Source: a virus (lineage: Duplodnaviria; Caudoviricetes). Taken from it: a DNA stretch of 25,837 nucleotides. A program made the position numbers and the translations under genes. The stretch spans positions 1-25,837 of the IMG/VR virus record IMGVR_UViG_3300016665_000172. One strand, written 5' to 3'. The notes below the pieces were generated by a model. It ran no database searches. It was not told the DNA's origin and saw nothing but the letters and a program-made list of their open reading frames with translations. This document shows positions 1 through 10,052 of this stretch, piece by piece. Each line of letters begins with the position of its first letter. The first letter of the stretch is position 1.

Positions 1-1
1 G

Positions 2-721
2 TGAAGCACCGAATGTCGTTGCCGACAATAATGCGTTTCCACCTGTTGCACCAACGCTACCACCGATGGTTGCACCAAGACCCTGCCCGAATACAAAACC
101 ACCTGTTGCCGCAGGTTTTACTGCTTCTTGAATTGCAGTATCTGCACTAAGTTGACCTAGGTCACCTCGAACAAGTTGCGAACGTAATTCATCAACAGTA
201 GGTGCGGCAATTCCTGTGCTAGTACGAACACCAGATAAAAAACCACCGCCAATGGCTTGCAAACCAGCACCAAGTAATGACAGGTTGCCACCAATCGAGT
301 TGTCAGCAAGTACACGGCGTGCGCCTTCAAGGCGTTTAACATCTTCCCCAACAGTTTGCCCTAATTGTTGCACCTGTTGCTGTTTTGCTTGTTGTACGCC
401 TTGAATACCAAGGTCTGGACGATATTGTCCACCTAAGAAAAGGTCCCGCCCTGTTGCTTGAACCTGCTTACCAAAAACATCCGTTTTCATTAACGGTTGT
501 CCTGAACTGCTGGTAAGACGTTCTTCTTTTAACTTTTTAAGTCGGTTATCCCTAAAGGCATTGTACTTACCAAGCATATCTGGAGTGGCAAGTCCAGTTG
601 CTGTAGCCTCACGGAGTAACTTAAGTATGTCACTGTGTTTTTGTGGGTCCGTGATATTTGCATCTGTCAGGAACTTGTTAAACGTGTTTTTAAACTTTAG
701 TTGTTCTTGTGTTGCTGTCAT
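2..721 (-). CDS. Probable large internal virion/ejection protein, N-terminal part (truncated by window edge; absent from the ORF track)
   Basis: Manual translation from ATG at 721 gives MTATQEQLKFKNTFNKFLTDANITDPQKHSDILKLLREA... and stays open for 240 codons to the edge. It has Gly/Ala-rich hydrophobic stretches (GGNLSLLGAGLQAIGGGFLSG, GGFVFGQGLGATIGGSVG) and follows two other ejection-like genes. Confidence 0.75.
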   Translation of the reverse strand, partial: MTATQEQLKFKNTFNKFLTDANITDPQKHSDILKLLREATATGLATPDMLGKYNAFRDNRLKKLKEERLTSSSGQPLMKTDVFGKQVQATGRDLFLGGQYRPDLGIQGVQQAKQQQVQQLGQTVGEDVKRLEGARRVLADNSIGGNLSLLGAGLQAIGGGFLSGVRTSTGIAAPTVDELRSQLVRGDLGQLSADTAIQEAVKPAATGGFVFGQGLGATIGGSVGATGGNALLSATTFGAS

Positions 722-763
722 GTATTCGTGCCTAATACCACTTACCCGCAGGGTTAATGTCTA

Positions 764-2755
764 CTATTGTGCGCCACGCGCACCGGGATATCCACCGCCA
801 CCACGTGATGTTGATTGCCCCTTCATTCGTTCACGTTGGGCTTCTGGACTTTTCTCGCGTTCTTCTTTTAGTCGCCGCTCTGTTTCTGCGGCTTCCGCTG
901 GTTGTCTTTTCTTGTATACACGTTCACGCATTGCGTATGTCTGCCTAATCAGTTCACCTTCTGCACCGGGTGGTAAGCCCCGAGGATATTTATAAGCAAG
1001 TTCATCAATGACGCTATCTGGGGTAAACTCCAAACCCATTCCCTTGCGGATTTCAGCACGCCTAGTAACCAGTTGAGGAATTGAGGAGAAAACGCTACCG
1101 GGTTGCCCTGCCGGTATAAACTTTCCCTGCGGATTAGTTCCTTGTGGAATAACACCACGTTGCATCAATGCACTTATCATTGCATTCATCATGGCTGTTT
1201 GGTCCATACCGCCCGCCATTCCGGGTTGCCCACCAGCAAATATCTGTGGGCTAAATACTATAGGTGACTGTGCTGGTGCTTGCTGTTGTCCTCCACCAGC
1301 CATCCCCTGCGCCATCATCATTTGAATCAGTGCATTTGTGTCAACGCCACCCTGTTGCTGTGGTTGCGCCATAGCCATCGGGTCGATGCTTGCCATGTTT
1401 CCACTAAGACCAATAATTTGTGATGCAAGGTTTGTGTCACCAGCCCGTAACGCACTGAACTGTGCGTCCATAGTCTTTTTTTGTTGTTCCAGTGCGGCAA
1501 GGTTTTGAAGTGCGGCTTGTTGTGATGCCCCCATTGCCTTATCAGTACTTGCACCTGCCTTATCTCTAGCGGCACGTATATCTGCATCTAACTGTGCGCT
1601 AAATTTCATATAGTCAGCTTCGGCTTTTTGCATCAAGGCTTTACTTTGCAACGAAAGCCCTGCGCCTCGGAATCCCATCATCTGCTGGAATTGGTCACCA
1701 CGCTGATTCATTGCCGCCACACGGTCTTGATGTGCAAGCAGAATGCTCATGCGCCGTAGTGCATCAGATGAACCACTACCAGATTTGACTAACCTATCTT
1801 TAAAGACCTTAGCACCCTGAACTTTGTCAAACCATTCAAACTGCTTGCCAGCCAATTTGCCCTTCCATTCGGACAGGGTTGCATCGGCTTCTGCCTTACG
1901 AATAGTAGGTGAATATAAGCCTTCTAGTTTTCGTGCTTGCTCACTCGCTACCTTGGTTCTAGCCGCTAATAGGTCTGGTGATTCATATGTAGCCCTAAGT
2001 TCTGGTGCATACTCAACCATTGCTTTACCATCTTGATAAAAGACACGTTGCCTTGCACCAGTAGGTAAGATACGCTCGCCGCCCTCACCAATCTTAAACC
2101 CTTGATTCTCAGCAAAGAACTTAGTTGGGTCTTCAATTGCTTTTGCTGGTTGTGTTGGTGCGCCGAATCCAAGAGATGCGCCGAACTCAGGAAGAATGCG
2201 GTTAAGCATATATTTAGGCACAAGTACTTCATGTGCTTTACGCGACTGAGCAAACACAGATTCTTTGCGTACGCCGGGTGTAGTGATTCCCTCAATACGC
2301 GCACGTTCTTTGGTAAGTAAGTCAAATGCACGCGTAGGGTCAACCTCTGGGGATGGCATCTGGAATCCGGTTCCAGCAATCATAGATGGACGCAACAGAC
2401 CTGTTACGTTGCCAAATAACTTAGTAACACCGGGTTGTGTTGCCAACTGACTTGCAATCAACTTTGCATTCTCATGCCGTTGAAGTCGGGCTTCACGCTC
2501 TTGTGCTTTTGCGGTTGCATCAATTGTCGGAAGCCGTAGACGCTTTAATGTCTCGGCTTCATCTGCGGCATCATCCTTGGCTATCTGAACAAGTCTGTCA
2601 TATATGCTTCTAGACGTACTTTCATCAAGTTTTTGCTGGGCAAGGTCTTCCCGTTGTTGCATTCTGTCTTCAAGAGAACGCGCACGTTTTTCTTTAGCAT
2701 AGGAGTCAAATCCAGTGCCTAAACCGCCAAGGAATCCCGTTAGATTGATAGCCAT
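764..2755 (-). CDS. Putative internal virion / DNA ejection protein (663 aa)
   Basis: The N-terminus MAINLTGFLGGLGTGF followed by a charged helical segment is typical of podovirus ejection proteins. The protein is Q/M/G-rich, lacks Cys, lies downstream of the nozzle, and overlaps the upstream gene by TAATG. Confidence 0.7.
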   Translation of the reverse strand: MAINLTGFLGGLGTGFDSYAKEKRARSLEDRMQQREDLAQQKLDESTSRSIYDRLVQIAKDDAADEAETLKRLRLPTIDATAKAQEREARLQRHENAKLIASQLATQPGVTKLFGNVTGLLRPSMIAGTGFQMPSPEVDPTRAFDLLTKERARIEGITTPGVRKESVFAQSRKAHEVLVPKYMLNRILPEFGASLGFGAPTQPAKAIEDPTKFFAENQGFKIGEGGERILPTGARQRVFYQDGKAMVEYAPELRATYESPDLLAARTKVASEQARKLEGLYSPTIRKAEADATLSEWKGKLAGKQFEWFDKVQGAKVFKDRLVKSGSGSSDALRRMSILLAHQDRVAAMNQRGDQFQQMMGFRGAGLSLQSKALMQKAEADYMKFSAQLDADIRAARDKAGASTDKAMGASQQAALQNLAALEQQKKTMDAQFSALRAGDTNLASQIIGLSGNMASIDPMAMAQPQQQGGVDTNALIQMMMAQGMAGGGQQQAPAQSPIVFSPQIFAGGQPGMAGGMDQTAMMNAMISALMQRGVIPQGTNPQGKFIPAGQPGSVFSSIPQLVTRRAEIRKGMGLEFTPDSVIDELAYKYPRGLPPGAEGELIRQTYAMRERVYKKRQPAEAAETERRLKEEREKSPEAQRERMKGQSTSRGGGGYPGARGAQ

Positions 2756-4149
2756 TATTGTTTCATCCAGCCGTTAGGCATCTTCATAAAGTATTGACCG
2801 TTATATGGAAACGACCTACCTATCGTCGCATTTGGATACAGAGTGTCAAGCGCGAATCCAGTTTGGAACTCGACGTTTTGGCGATAGTTCTGCCCATAAT
2901 CCTGTGTCCTATATCCGCCACCGGGCAGGAAATATCCAGACTCAGGAGTTTCGTTATATGTCAATGGCATCCCCGTACCATCAGGCAATTCTTCTGGCAC
3001 TTCCTCGCTTGTTAAAGCATCGTATATCTTTCCACTAAATGGGTCTCTAAATACTTCACGTCCACCTTGCGTAAAGTAGAAGTTACCACCCGCGCCTGTT
3101 CCAGTGGTGAATCGTTCACCTGTGCTACCTGCGAGACCAGTATCACGTACCGTAGTCCCATCACCAGTGTCTGCGTTATTCCGGTCTATGCCACGGCGAT
3201 ATTCATCATAGATATATGGGAACATCTTTCCGACAAAACCACCGAGGGCTTCCGTCTCACCTTGACGGCGCATATACATCTGCTGGTCACGCGCTTGTGC
3301 TAGTTTCTGCTCTTCCTGTGCAAGCATTGCCTGACGGATTGGAAGCATCGCCGCGCTATCCATTAGGTCAATACCGCGAGCCGCCGCTTTATCTGCCGCC
3401 GCCGCGTCAATACCAAGCATTGCATTACGGAGTTGTGCGGTGTCCTGCATAACCTGATTCATAACACCAGCGCGTTGTTGCCCTGTTTGTGCGGCTAGTG
3501 CGGTATCAACTGCCGTCTGTGCGCCGATGCCTAGTCCGCTAGTAGGCGATATTCCACGCCGTGAAAGATTAGCGGCGGTATTAGAGCGAGCGGCTCCTGC
3601 GGCGGCTTCATTGAGGTTAGCAAACTGTCCAAGCATTGGTGCGAGACTACGGGCAGATGGACCGCGTTCTTGCATATCGCGCAGGATTGCTCGCTGGTCA
3701 TCGACGTATGCCCTAGCGCGTGCGGCTTCTTCTGCGGCTTTAGCGGACTCTTGTAGATAGCGATTCCTATCCTCAGACATAGCCGTTTGATAATCTAGTT
3801 CGTTCTTTCGTTGCCCTGTTTTATCCGCATAGGATGGTCCTTTTGGACCAAATCCAAGCATCTTGTCAAATCGTATACCGCCGGTAATATCGTTAAACAT
3901 ATTGATTCCAGCAATATATGGATTCTGGTTTAGCACATATCCAATACCTGACTTGACGGCTTCCTTGGTATTGCCTTGGGACAATGCATTCAATCCACTT
4001 GCCGCAAACTTAGCACCGCCAGCCTTTTGACTTTGCTTCATAAAGTTGCCAAGCCCGGGCATCGACCGGTTCATATTGCTGTAGAAACCACTCGCGCCAC
4101 GGCTACCCATGCCCATGTTGCGAAGGAAGTCCATATAATTAACTGCCAT
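2755..4149 (-). CDS. Putative internal virion / DNA ejection protein (464 aa)
   Basis: Ala/Gln/Gly-rich and helical, with an 'ANLSRRGISPTSGLG' segment resembling the LaxRGl..SG motif common in ejection proteins. Lacks Cys and is the first gene after the tail genes. Confidence 0.7.
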   Translation of the reverse strand: MAVNYMDFLRNMGMGSRGASGFYSNMNRSMPGLGNFMKQSQKAGGAKFAASGLNALSQGNTKEAVKSGIGYVLNQNPYIAGINMFNDITGGIRFDKMLGFGPKGPSYADKTGQRKNELDYQTAMSEDRNRYLQESAKAAEEAARARAYVDDQRAILRDMQERGPSARSLAPMLGQFANLNEAAAGAARSNTAANLSRRGISPTSGLGIGAQTAVDTALAAQTGQQRAGVMNQVMQDTAQLRNAMLGIDAAAADKAAARGIDLMDSAAMLPIRQAMLAQEEQKLAQARDQQMYMRRQGETEALGGFVGKMFPYIYDEYRRGIDRNNADTGDGTTVRDTGLAGSTGERFTTGTGAGGNFYFTQGGREVFRDPFSGKIYDALTSEEVPEELPDGTGMPLTYNETPESGYFLPGGGYRTQDYGQNYRQNVEFQTGFALDTLYPNATIGRSFPYNGQYFMKMPNGWMKQ

Positions 4150-4157
4150 CTTTTACC

Positions 4158-4604
4158 TCATGTTGTGGCAATGATATGCCAACCGCTTAGTGTTCCTACG
4201 TTTACTGCCAGCAGTGTAACTGACTTATATTGTGTCGCCAACGTCAACGAACCCGTCGCACCGTACAACGTATCTGACGCATCTAAAGCAACAACTACGT
4301 TATTTGCCGATGAATCAACTTTCATAACGTGCAACATCTTGAGGCTGTTAAGCCGTGATGGTTGCAATGTATATGTAACTGCACCAGCCGTTGCGTCTAC
4401 TCTTACACACAACGGCGTATCCGTTGCTTGAGTAGCAGTTGCCGCTACCTGCTCAATGCGCCACATATTCGCTGGATACTCTGGGTAACCATCACCAATG
4501 GTTGTACCAAAGTCTTCAATGATTAACGCTACCTGTCCGGGTCCAACTGGCGTGTTAGACGATAGTGAATCATCAGGTTGCGATACCGGTGCAGGTATAG
4601 GCAT
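4158..4604 (-). CDS. Small tail/fibre-associated protein (148 aa)
   Basis: The C-terminal VDATAGAVTYTL...VMKVDSSANNVVV...GWHII resembles a beta-rich domain frequent in phage fibres. It lies directly after the nozzle-like gene. Confidence 0.6.
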   Translation of the reverse strand: MPIPAPVSQPDDSLSSNTPVGPGQVALIIEDFGTTIGDGYPEYPANMWRIEQVAATATQATDTPLCVRVDATAGAVTYTLQPSRLNSLKMLHVMKVDSSANNVVVALDASDTLYGATGSLTLATQYKSVTLLAVNVGTLSGWHIIATT

Positions 4605-7600
4605 TAGTTGCGCCTCCTAATACCAGCCTCTGCAACGTGCAACATAAAACCGTATATACGGAATGTATTCGGTGATGCAAGTGATGTACCACTTAATCGA
4701 ACCGCGTATGTAGTTCCACGTGCGTGCTTACTTATATTTCGTATCGCTAGGAGTTTCTGTCCAGCCGTCAATGCATATGAGCCAGATGCATAGTTTGCAG
4801 ATGGTGGTCCAGCGTCGGGGTTAAAGACAGGGTCAACTAAGTCAGGCTGGTTATTATTATATATACGCCAGTTAACCGTCAACGCCGCATCCGTGTCGAT
4901 ATGCACGTCCATCTGGTGCAACAGGTTTACCGCGTAGTAAGGAATACCTTGTGCATACGTCTGTCCGTACTGGCGAGACAATACCGACCACGTAAAGTCT
5001 GTAAGTCCTGCCCCTGCGGTTTGCCTATCCTGCGTTCCAGTAAATTTATATATATGTCCGTTTGATGCAGTCATATATAGTTCAGGTGCGTCAATTGCGT
5101 TATTCAACACATACAACGACCGGATATTTACCGTCCCGCCGAACTGTGGCATTTGCCATGAATACCAACCCTTTGCCTTAAGGTCAAAGACATAAAGGGT
5201 ATCTACTACACTTCCACCCGGCTGTGCAGATGTAAAGATGAACTTGTTATCGAATATCACCGATGAGGATTGGCGTTGCAATGCCTGATTAACAGTCAGG
5301 GCAGACGCACCATTCATCAATGGGTTAAACGACCGTGCATTGACTAGTCTGTCTAGTTGCATACTTACAAGTGCTGGTTCACCACCTGTGTATTGCATAA
5401 TGCCGCTGTTTGATAACCACCATACACGCCCTAATACAGACTGAGCGCAATGCGGTGCAATACAACCAGAACCGGGTTCCTGAACGAATCCAAGTACCGA
5501 GAACGTAGATGCATCCGCACCCGTAACTGGAAGCATCGAGTTATTACGCAATACGAGCAATGCATTCGACGTACTATTGTTACGGCTTAATCCCTCACCG
5601 CTAAACGATACAAGCGCGGTAATTGGTTCGTTGTCGTATTGACCACTGATATCAAACTGTACGCCCTTGATTGCCGAATACGGGTCTGTTGGCGTGTTCA
5701 CATATGTCGTATACAAAGCGTACTCGTTGTCATTATCAAGTAGCCATGATGCATACAGCGTGTTGTTCTGCGATACCCAGAGTCGCGACTGATGGATAGC
5801 AATGGTTTCCGCACCCTGCGGGAATATGTCCTTACCTTGCTTATATATATTGCCAGTTTTGCCCTGTGGGTTGTCATACAGGAGTTCAATGTCACCGACG
5901 TTATCAAGTAGGTACATCTGCGATTGTGTCGCACCTGCCTCCAAACTTACCCCGGTGGAAGAACTTACAATTACCGGTGTTGTAGGCATTACATCAATCT
6001 GAGCAATAAGCCTAAAACTACCATCCGTGAACGTATTGACGTTACGCCTATAGACAAGTAGGTGTGTATAACCAGCACCTGTTGCATCACGGAAGTCACC
6101 TGTCAGATTGACTCGGATACGGCTTTCTGCGTCACTAGTTAGGACAGGAACCGATATCTTAGATAGCGCACTTTCCACTCCACCAAAGAACGATTCCGTT
6201 GTCCCGGAGATTGTGTACGGCGGTATCTGCGTGAACGTACTGTTCGTGGTTGTACTTGTATATGACGGCGCGGCTTTCCAGCGGCTAAACGCGTATTCAT
6301 AACTACCAGAACCGCTAAGTTCGCCATTATAAACCAACTTACCGATATAGAACACGACTTGGTTGGCGGCAATAGATGTTGCGCCTGTGCTACCCACCGC
6401 GCCAACTTCAGGCGTTACGAGATAGTCATTGTTGCACCGTATGTAAACCGCTTTGACGTTGTTACGGCTACCTTTAGGGAACATACGCAACGGGAATACG
6501 AGGTATCCGCTCTTAGCATCATAGGAGCCTTCTGAACCCCATGTGATGGATGTAGCAGAGCCATTCTGTAAACCAATGGTAAACGACTGGTCGTAGTTAA
6601 TAAATTGCGCCGCTGGCTGGAACTGAATACTTACATATTCTTGGGATGTCCAGTCGTTTGTTGTCGCACTTACGTTGTAGTAAAAGTGACGGTTTTTAAG
6701 ATAGCCACCATACGATGGAGCCGTTGCAGTGGTGTTAACTTTTGTTCCATACACTTTGACAAGTTGTGTGTCGGGGTCTACCGTCAGGTCATTCGTATTT
6801 GTTTTTGGAACATTTGGAATAGCAAATACGTTACAGTAGTCAACATAGATGGCACTGCTTGTGTCCGTCCCATTGTCTGTAGCGTTCTGCAATTCGACTT
6901 GAATAGAGCCACCAGACAGTTGGTCTTTGAATGCTCTGAAGTCTGCAATCAGCGTGTAGACATTCCACCCAATTCTATTGCTTGTAGCCTGTGGGCGAAT
7001 AACTGTTGATGCAGTACATCCGGGAATAGCAGTACCGCCGAACGCATAACCAACGAGCCTGACAACAATTCCACGTTGGTTGTATGCCGATAGGTTTCCG
7101 GTAGATGGAACAAAGTTAATAACACGCGTTTGAACAGCATAAAGACACGCAGGTTCAACAATCGTCGATGAACCGTAAAGCGTGTATGTTTCTGTTGGCA
7201 CACTCATGTTTTGCCAGATACCCGGCAATGTTCCACTTACTGCATCTTCATTAAACTCACATTGTAATCCACTTGCAGGGATAGGACGTGCGGGTGTTCC
7301 ACCACTGTCATACTGAGTAATTAATTTACTACCGGTAAATTGCGTCCACGACGAGATAGTGGTGCTACCACTTGAACCAGCAGTAAAGTCTGGATTGGTT
7401 GGTAGTGATGCGGAGTTAGATAACGAGAATGTAGTAGTGACGGTTTGATGTGCGGTGGCTTGAATAGACCGAACAGTAAACGGTGCAAGTTCTGCAACCG
7501 GAGCCGTAGTAATAAGTCCTGTCGCTACAGGTATTGTTTCACCCTTGAAAGACGTGACCATCGTTAACGAAACACCACCACCAGTAAACGTCAAGTGCGT

Positions 7601-8299
7601 TACTGTAGTGCCACCGGTAATAGATGTTGGTAGTGCTGTCGCTATATAAAAGTCGTTACCATTAACGTGTGAAACGTAATAAGCCGTATTGAGTGAAAGC
7701 CCACCCGGTGGTGTACCTGCGGTAATGACCACAACGTCACCGCGTGTTAATCCGTGTCCTGCTTTAGTAAAGAAGTTGGTATTTGCTATAACCGATGTAA
7801 TGGATGCGGTTGGTACATTTGTATCTATACGCAATGGATAGTTACTTGTACCGGTAGCCGCAGGACCCGGTGCAACATATACAAATCGTCCTAGTTGAGC
7901 CATACGCACAAGCGATGGTTGGATGTTAGAGAACGACAACGTACCTGTCGCTGACATTGGAATAGGCAACGAATCAGTATGGTTAGCGTCATTCTTCCAG
8001 AACCGCGTGTTGCCACTAGCATCCTGCCCAACAACGATAGCCGAACCTATAGTGTTACGTGCTGACTTGACCGGTATTCCATCCCAATATTCACCCGTTG
8101 TACTAACACGGTTTGTCGTGACACCTTGAATACCGCGCCGTGGAACAAGGCTTCCGTTTTGCACCATTAGGTTTGTAATTCGTTGGCACAAACCATCCTG
8201 TAATTTATTAGGGTCGGTATATGTATCCATGCCTGTAAAGGCACGGTCTCCAACCATCAAAGCCTGTGTTACAGGCATTGCCGAGCGTGTTTCTGCCAT
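4604..8299 (-). CDS. Tail nozzle / packaged-DNA stabilisation-like protein (P22 gp10 / T7 gp12 class) with large beta-rich insertions (1231 aa)
   Basis: N-terminal FTGMDTYTDPNKL...NL...GSLVPRRG and C-terminal propeller-like motifs (IAIHQSRLWV, GCIAPHCAQSVLGRVWWLSNSGIMQYTG, LYVFDLKAKGWYSW). Lies upstream of the ejection genes. Confidence 0.75.
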   Translation of the reverse strand: MAETRSAMPVTQALMVGDRAFTGMDTYTDPNKLQDGLCQRITNLMVQNGSLVPRRGIQGVTTNRVSTTGEYWDGIPVKSARNTIGSAIVVGQDASGNTRFWKNDANHTDSLPIPMSATGTLSFSNIQPSLVRMAQLGRFVYVAPGPAATGTSNYPLRIDTNVPTASITSVIANTNFFTKAGHGLTRGDVVVITAGTPPGGLSLNTAYYVSHVNGNDFYIATALPTSITGGTTVTHLTFTGGGVSLTMVTSFKGETIPVATGLITTAPVAELAPFTVRSIQATAHQTVTTTFSLSNSASLPTNPDFTAGSSGSTTISSWTQFTGSKLITQYDSGGTPARPIPASGLQCEFNEDAVSGTLPGIWQNMSVPTETYTLYGSSTIVEPACLYAVQTRVINFVPSTGNLSAYNQRGIVVRLVGYAFGGTAIPGCTASTVIRPQATSNRIGWNVYTLIADFRAFKDQLSGGSIQVELQNATDNGTDTSSAIYVDYCNVFAIPNVPKTNTNDLTVDPDTQLVKVYGTKVNTTATAPSYGGYLKNRHFYYNVSATTNDWTSQEYVSIQFQPAAQFINYDQSFTIGLQNGSATSITWGSEGSYDAKSGYLVFPLRMFPKGSRNNVKAVYIRCNNDYLVTPEVGAVGSTGATSIAANQVVFYIGKLVYNGELSGSGSYEYAFSRWKAAPSYTSTTTNSTFTQIPPYTISGTTESFFGGVESALSKISVPVLTSDAESRIRVNLTGDFRDATGAGYTHLLVYRRNVNTFTDGSFRLIAQIDVMPTTPVIVSSSTGVSLEAGATQSQMYLLDNVGDIELLYDNPQGKTGNIYKQGKDIFPQGAETIAIHQSRLWVSQNNTLYASWLLDNDNEYALYTTYVNTPTDPYSAIKGVQFDISGQYDNEPITALVSFSGEGLSRNNSTSNALLVLRNNSMLPVTGADASTFSVLGFVQEPGSGCIAPHCAQSVLGRVWWLSNSGIMQYTGGEPALVSMQLDRLVNARSFNPLMNGASALTVNQALQRQSSSVIFDNKFIFTSAQPGGSVVDTLYVFDLKAKGWYSWQMPQFGGTVNIRSLYVLNNAIDAPELYMTASNGHIYKFTGTQDRQTAGAGLTDFTWSVLSRQYGQTYAQGIPYYAVNLLHQMDVHIDTDAALTVNWRIYNNNQPDLVDPVFNPDAGPPSANYASGSYALTAGQKLLAIRNISKHARGTTYAVRLSGTSLASPNTFRIYGFMLHVAEAGIRRRN

Positions 8300-8574
8300 T
8301 AGTCACAAGCCTTTCGTACCCACGCATTCACTAGCGTCTTAGGCACAGTATACGCATTATCTGACTGCTCATCTGGGCGAACAAACGCGTTGTCCAAAGT
8401 AGCATCAGATGCAAATTGATTAGTAGATACTGTATTCGGGTTAGTGAATGCATTGACTAGCGTTCCCTCATACGTCCAGTCTGGACACGGACACCCGGGT
8501 TCAACTGGTCCAGTGCCACCAGCCGCATAGCCTGTAAACCACCAGAACGCGTAGGAACGAAATCCTGCCGCCAT
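8299..8574 (-). CDS. Small protein of the fibre cassette with three TL(V/D)NA(F/W) repeats (91 aa)
   Basis: TAATG-coupled on both sides. Repeats EGTLVNAFTNP / DATLDNAFVRP / PKTLVNAWVRK. Confidence 0.75.
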   Translation of the reverse strand: MAAGFRSYAFWWFTGYAAGGTGPVEPGCPCPDWTYEGTLVNAFTNPNTVSTNQFASDATLDNAFVRPDEQSDNAYTVPKTLVNAWVRKACD

Positions 8575-10052
8575 TACGCTGGGTCTACTCCCGTTATAGG
8601 ATTGGCTCCAGCACTACTTGCAACGGTCGCTGACCACGCAATGCCACCGTCTGTCTCGTCGTACACATTCAATGTGCTACCAACAATCTCAGACTTGTTA
8701 CGGAGCGCGTATAGTGCTTCCTTGACTAGTCGTCCCGTGTTAGAGCCACCAGCAACATTGCGTCCAAGCAAAGTGTCAGCCACGGATTCTTGATATGCCG
8801 CACCAACGACTGTTGTAATGTTTGACGCGGCATTTTGCGAGTTAAGACCTGCTTCATACAACCAGTATCCAGCAGTTGTACTAGGATACGACTGTACATC
8901 TGTAGACCACGTAGTATCGGCAATACCCTGTTTTGTGTGAACGTGTGTACCTAACACAACAAAATCAACGCCACTTGCTGGTGTACCGGGCAATGTTTCT
9001 GCAAGGGTAAATGTCCCACCACCAGATGTGCTTCCACTTATCAATCCAGCAGTCCCTGCCAACGCGCCACTGATAAACAAAATTGTCTGATTGTCAAACG
9101 CATTTGTCACATAACCAGTTAGATTGGTGTTTACACTAGTAGTTGTGCTTCCTGCCGTTGTTGTTCCTTCAATGACAAAGTTTGCCTTACGGAGGACATC
9201 CATCAACTTACCAAACGTACCTGCTGTTGTATAACTTGCATACGCCGCATTCCAAACATCTGCCGCTACCGTGCCTGTTTCTATACGCGCCTCAGATGCT
9301 GTTCCATCTGTTGCAAGTCTAATACTAATAGCACTGTTTGCAATCTTAGCGGATGTAATTGCATCTGCCGCAATAGCATCAGCGTCAATAGCACCAGTAG
9401 CAATAGCCGTTGCGTCAATCGCACCTGCCGCAAATGTTGCCGCATCAATAGCCCCGTTAGCGATGACAGACGCGGTGATTGCATCTGCGCCAAAAGTAGT
9501 ACTTGTAATTGCTCCAGCGGCTAGACTATAGCCAGTCTTATCATTCACAGTTCCTGCTGTAACAGCCCCACCGCTAGTACTCAACTGAGCAGTTCCAGTC
9601 CCACTTGTGATAAGAGAACCGTTAGTTGTCACTGCTGTATCTGGAAGAGCAGTTATGCCCATATTAACTAAGTTGTAAATATTTACAGCAGATAGAGTAA
9701 ATTCGAGGTTTACAGGCAACCACGGAGTACCAGTTGTAGGAGTAATTTGAACAACTACATTACGTGCGCCAGCAGCGAATACTGCGTCTGGAATATCGAT
9801 AAGATAGATGCCGGGCATATAACCAATTTCTCGAACCTGCCCACTAGTCCACGTAGGATATGTTCCGGGAGAAGCAAAAACTGCTCCAAATGTCAATGTG
9901 ACGGCTGTAGGCATACTTCCAGTAACTAAATCACGCAAGTAATAACAAGTAGCAGATGTTACGCCAGTTTCACCTTGACCAGTAGTAGAATCTTGAAGGT
10001 AAATGTAAAATCGCTGGCTAGTTGCTCCTGCGTTAATTATATGTTTAGACAT
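8574..10052 (-). CDS. Putative tail fibre / appendage protein (492 aa)
   Basis: Thr/Ala/Gly-rich, with a beta-sandwich-like N-terminus (RFYIYLQDSTTGQG...PGIYLIDIPDAVFAAGA), central AGAIDAATF-type 10-aa repeats and repeated AxxVW segments. Confidence 0.7.
   Translation of the reverse strand: MSKHIINAGATSQRFYIYLQDSTTGQGETGVTSATCYYLRDLVTGSMPTAVTLTFGAVFASPGTYPTWTSGQVREIGYMPGIYLIDIPDAVFAAGARNVVVQITPTTGTPWLPVNLEFTLSAVNIYNLVNMGITALPDTAVTTNGSLITSGTGTAQLSTSGGAVTAGTVNDKTGYSLAAGAITSTTFGADAITASVIANGAIDAATFAAGAIDATAIATGAIDADAIAADAITSAKIANSAISIRLATDGTASEARIETGTVAADVWNAAYASYTTAGTFGKLMDVLRKANFVIEGTTTAGSTTTSVNTNLTGYVTNAFDNQTILFISGALAGTAGLISGSTSGGGTFTLAETLPGTPASGVDFVVLGTHVHTKQGIADTTWSTDVQSYPSTTAGYWLYEAGLNSQNAASNITTVVGAAYQESVADTLLGRNVAGGSNTGRLVKEALYALRNKSEIVGSTLNVYDETDGGIAWSATVASSAGANPITGVDPA
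9327..9521 (-). repeat. Six to seven degenerate 10-aa coding repeats (AxAIx...) in the fibre gene
   Basis: AGAITSTTFG ADAITASVIA NGAIDAATFA AGAIDATAIA TGAIDADAIA ADAITSAKIA NSAI. Confidence 0.85.

Noticed and set aside
722-763. Possible promoter or hairpin in the gap before the leftmost gene (TAGACA ... TGGTATTAG; ACCC-TGC-GGGT)
   Set aside because: The -35/-10 spacing is 20 nt and the stem is very short, so it is not supportable.
157-995. Short ORF-track calls at the left edge (157-351, 216-404, 561-995, 757-948)
   Set aside because: They are explained by the long minus-strand frame 721 to <1, which the track missed because it has no stop in the window, and by the 764-2755 gene.
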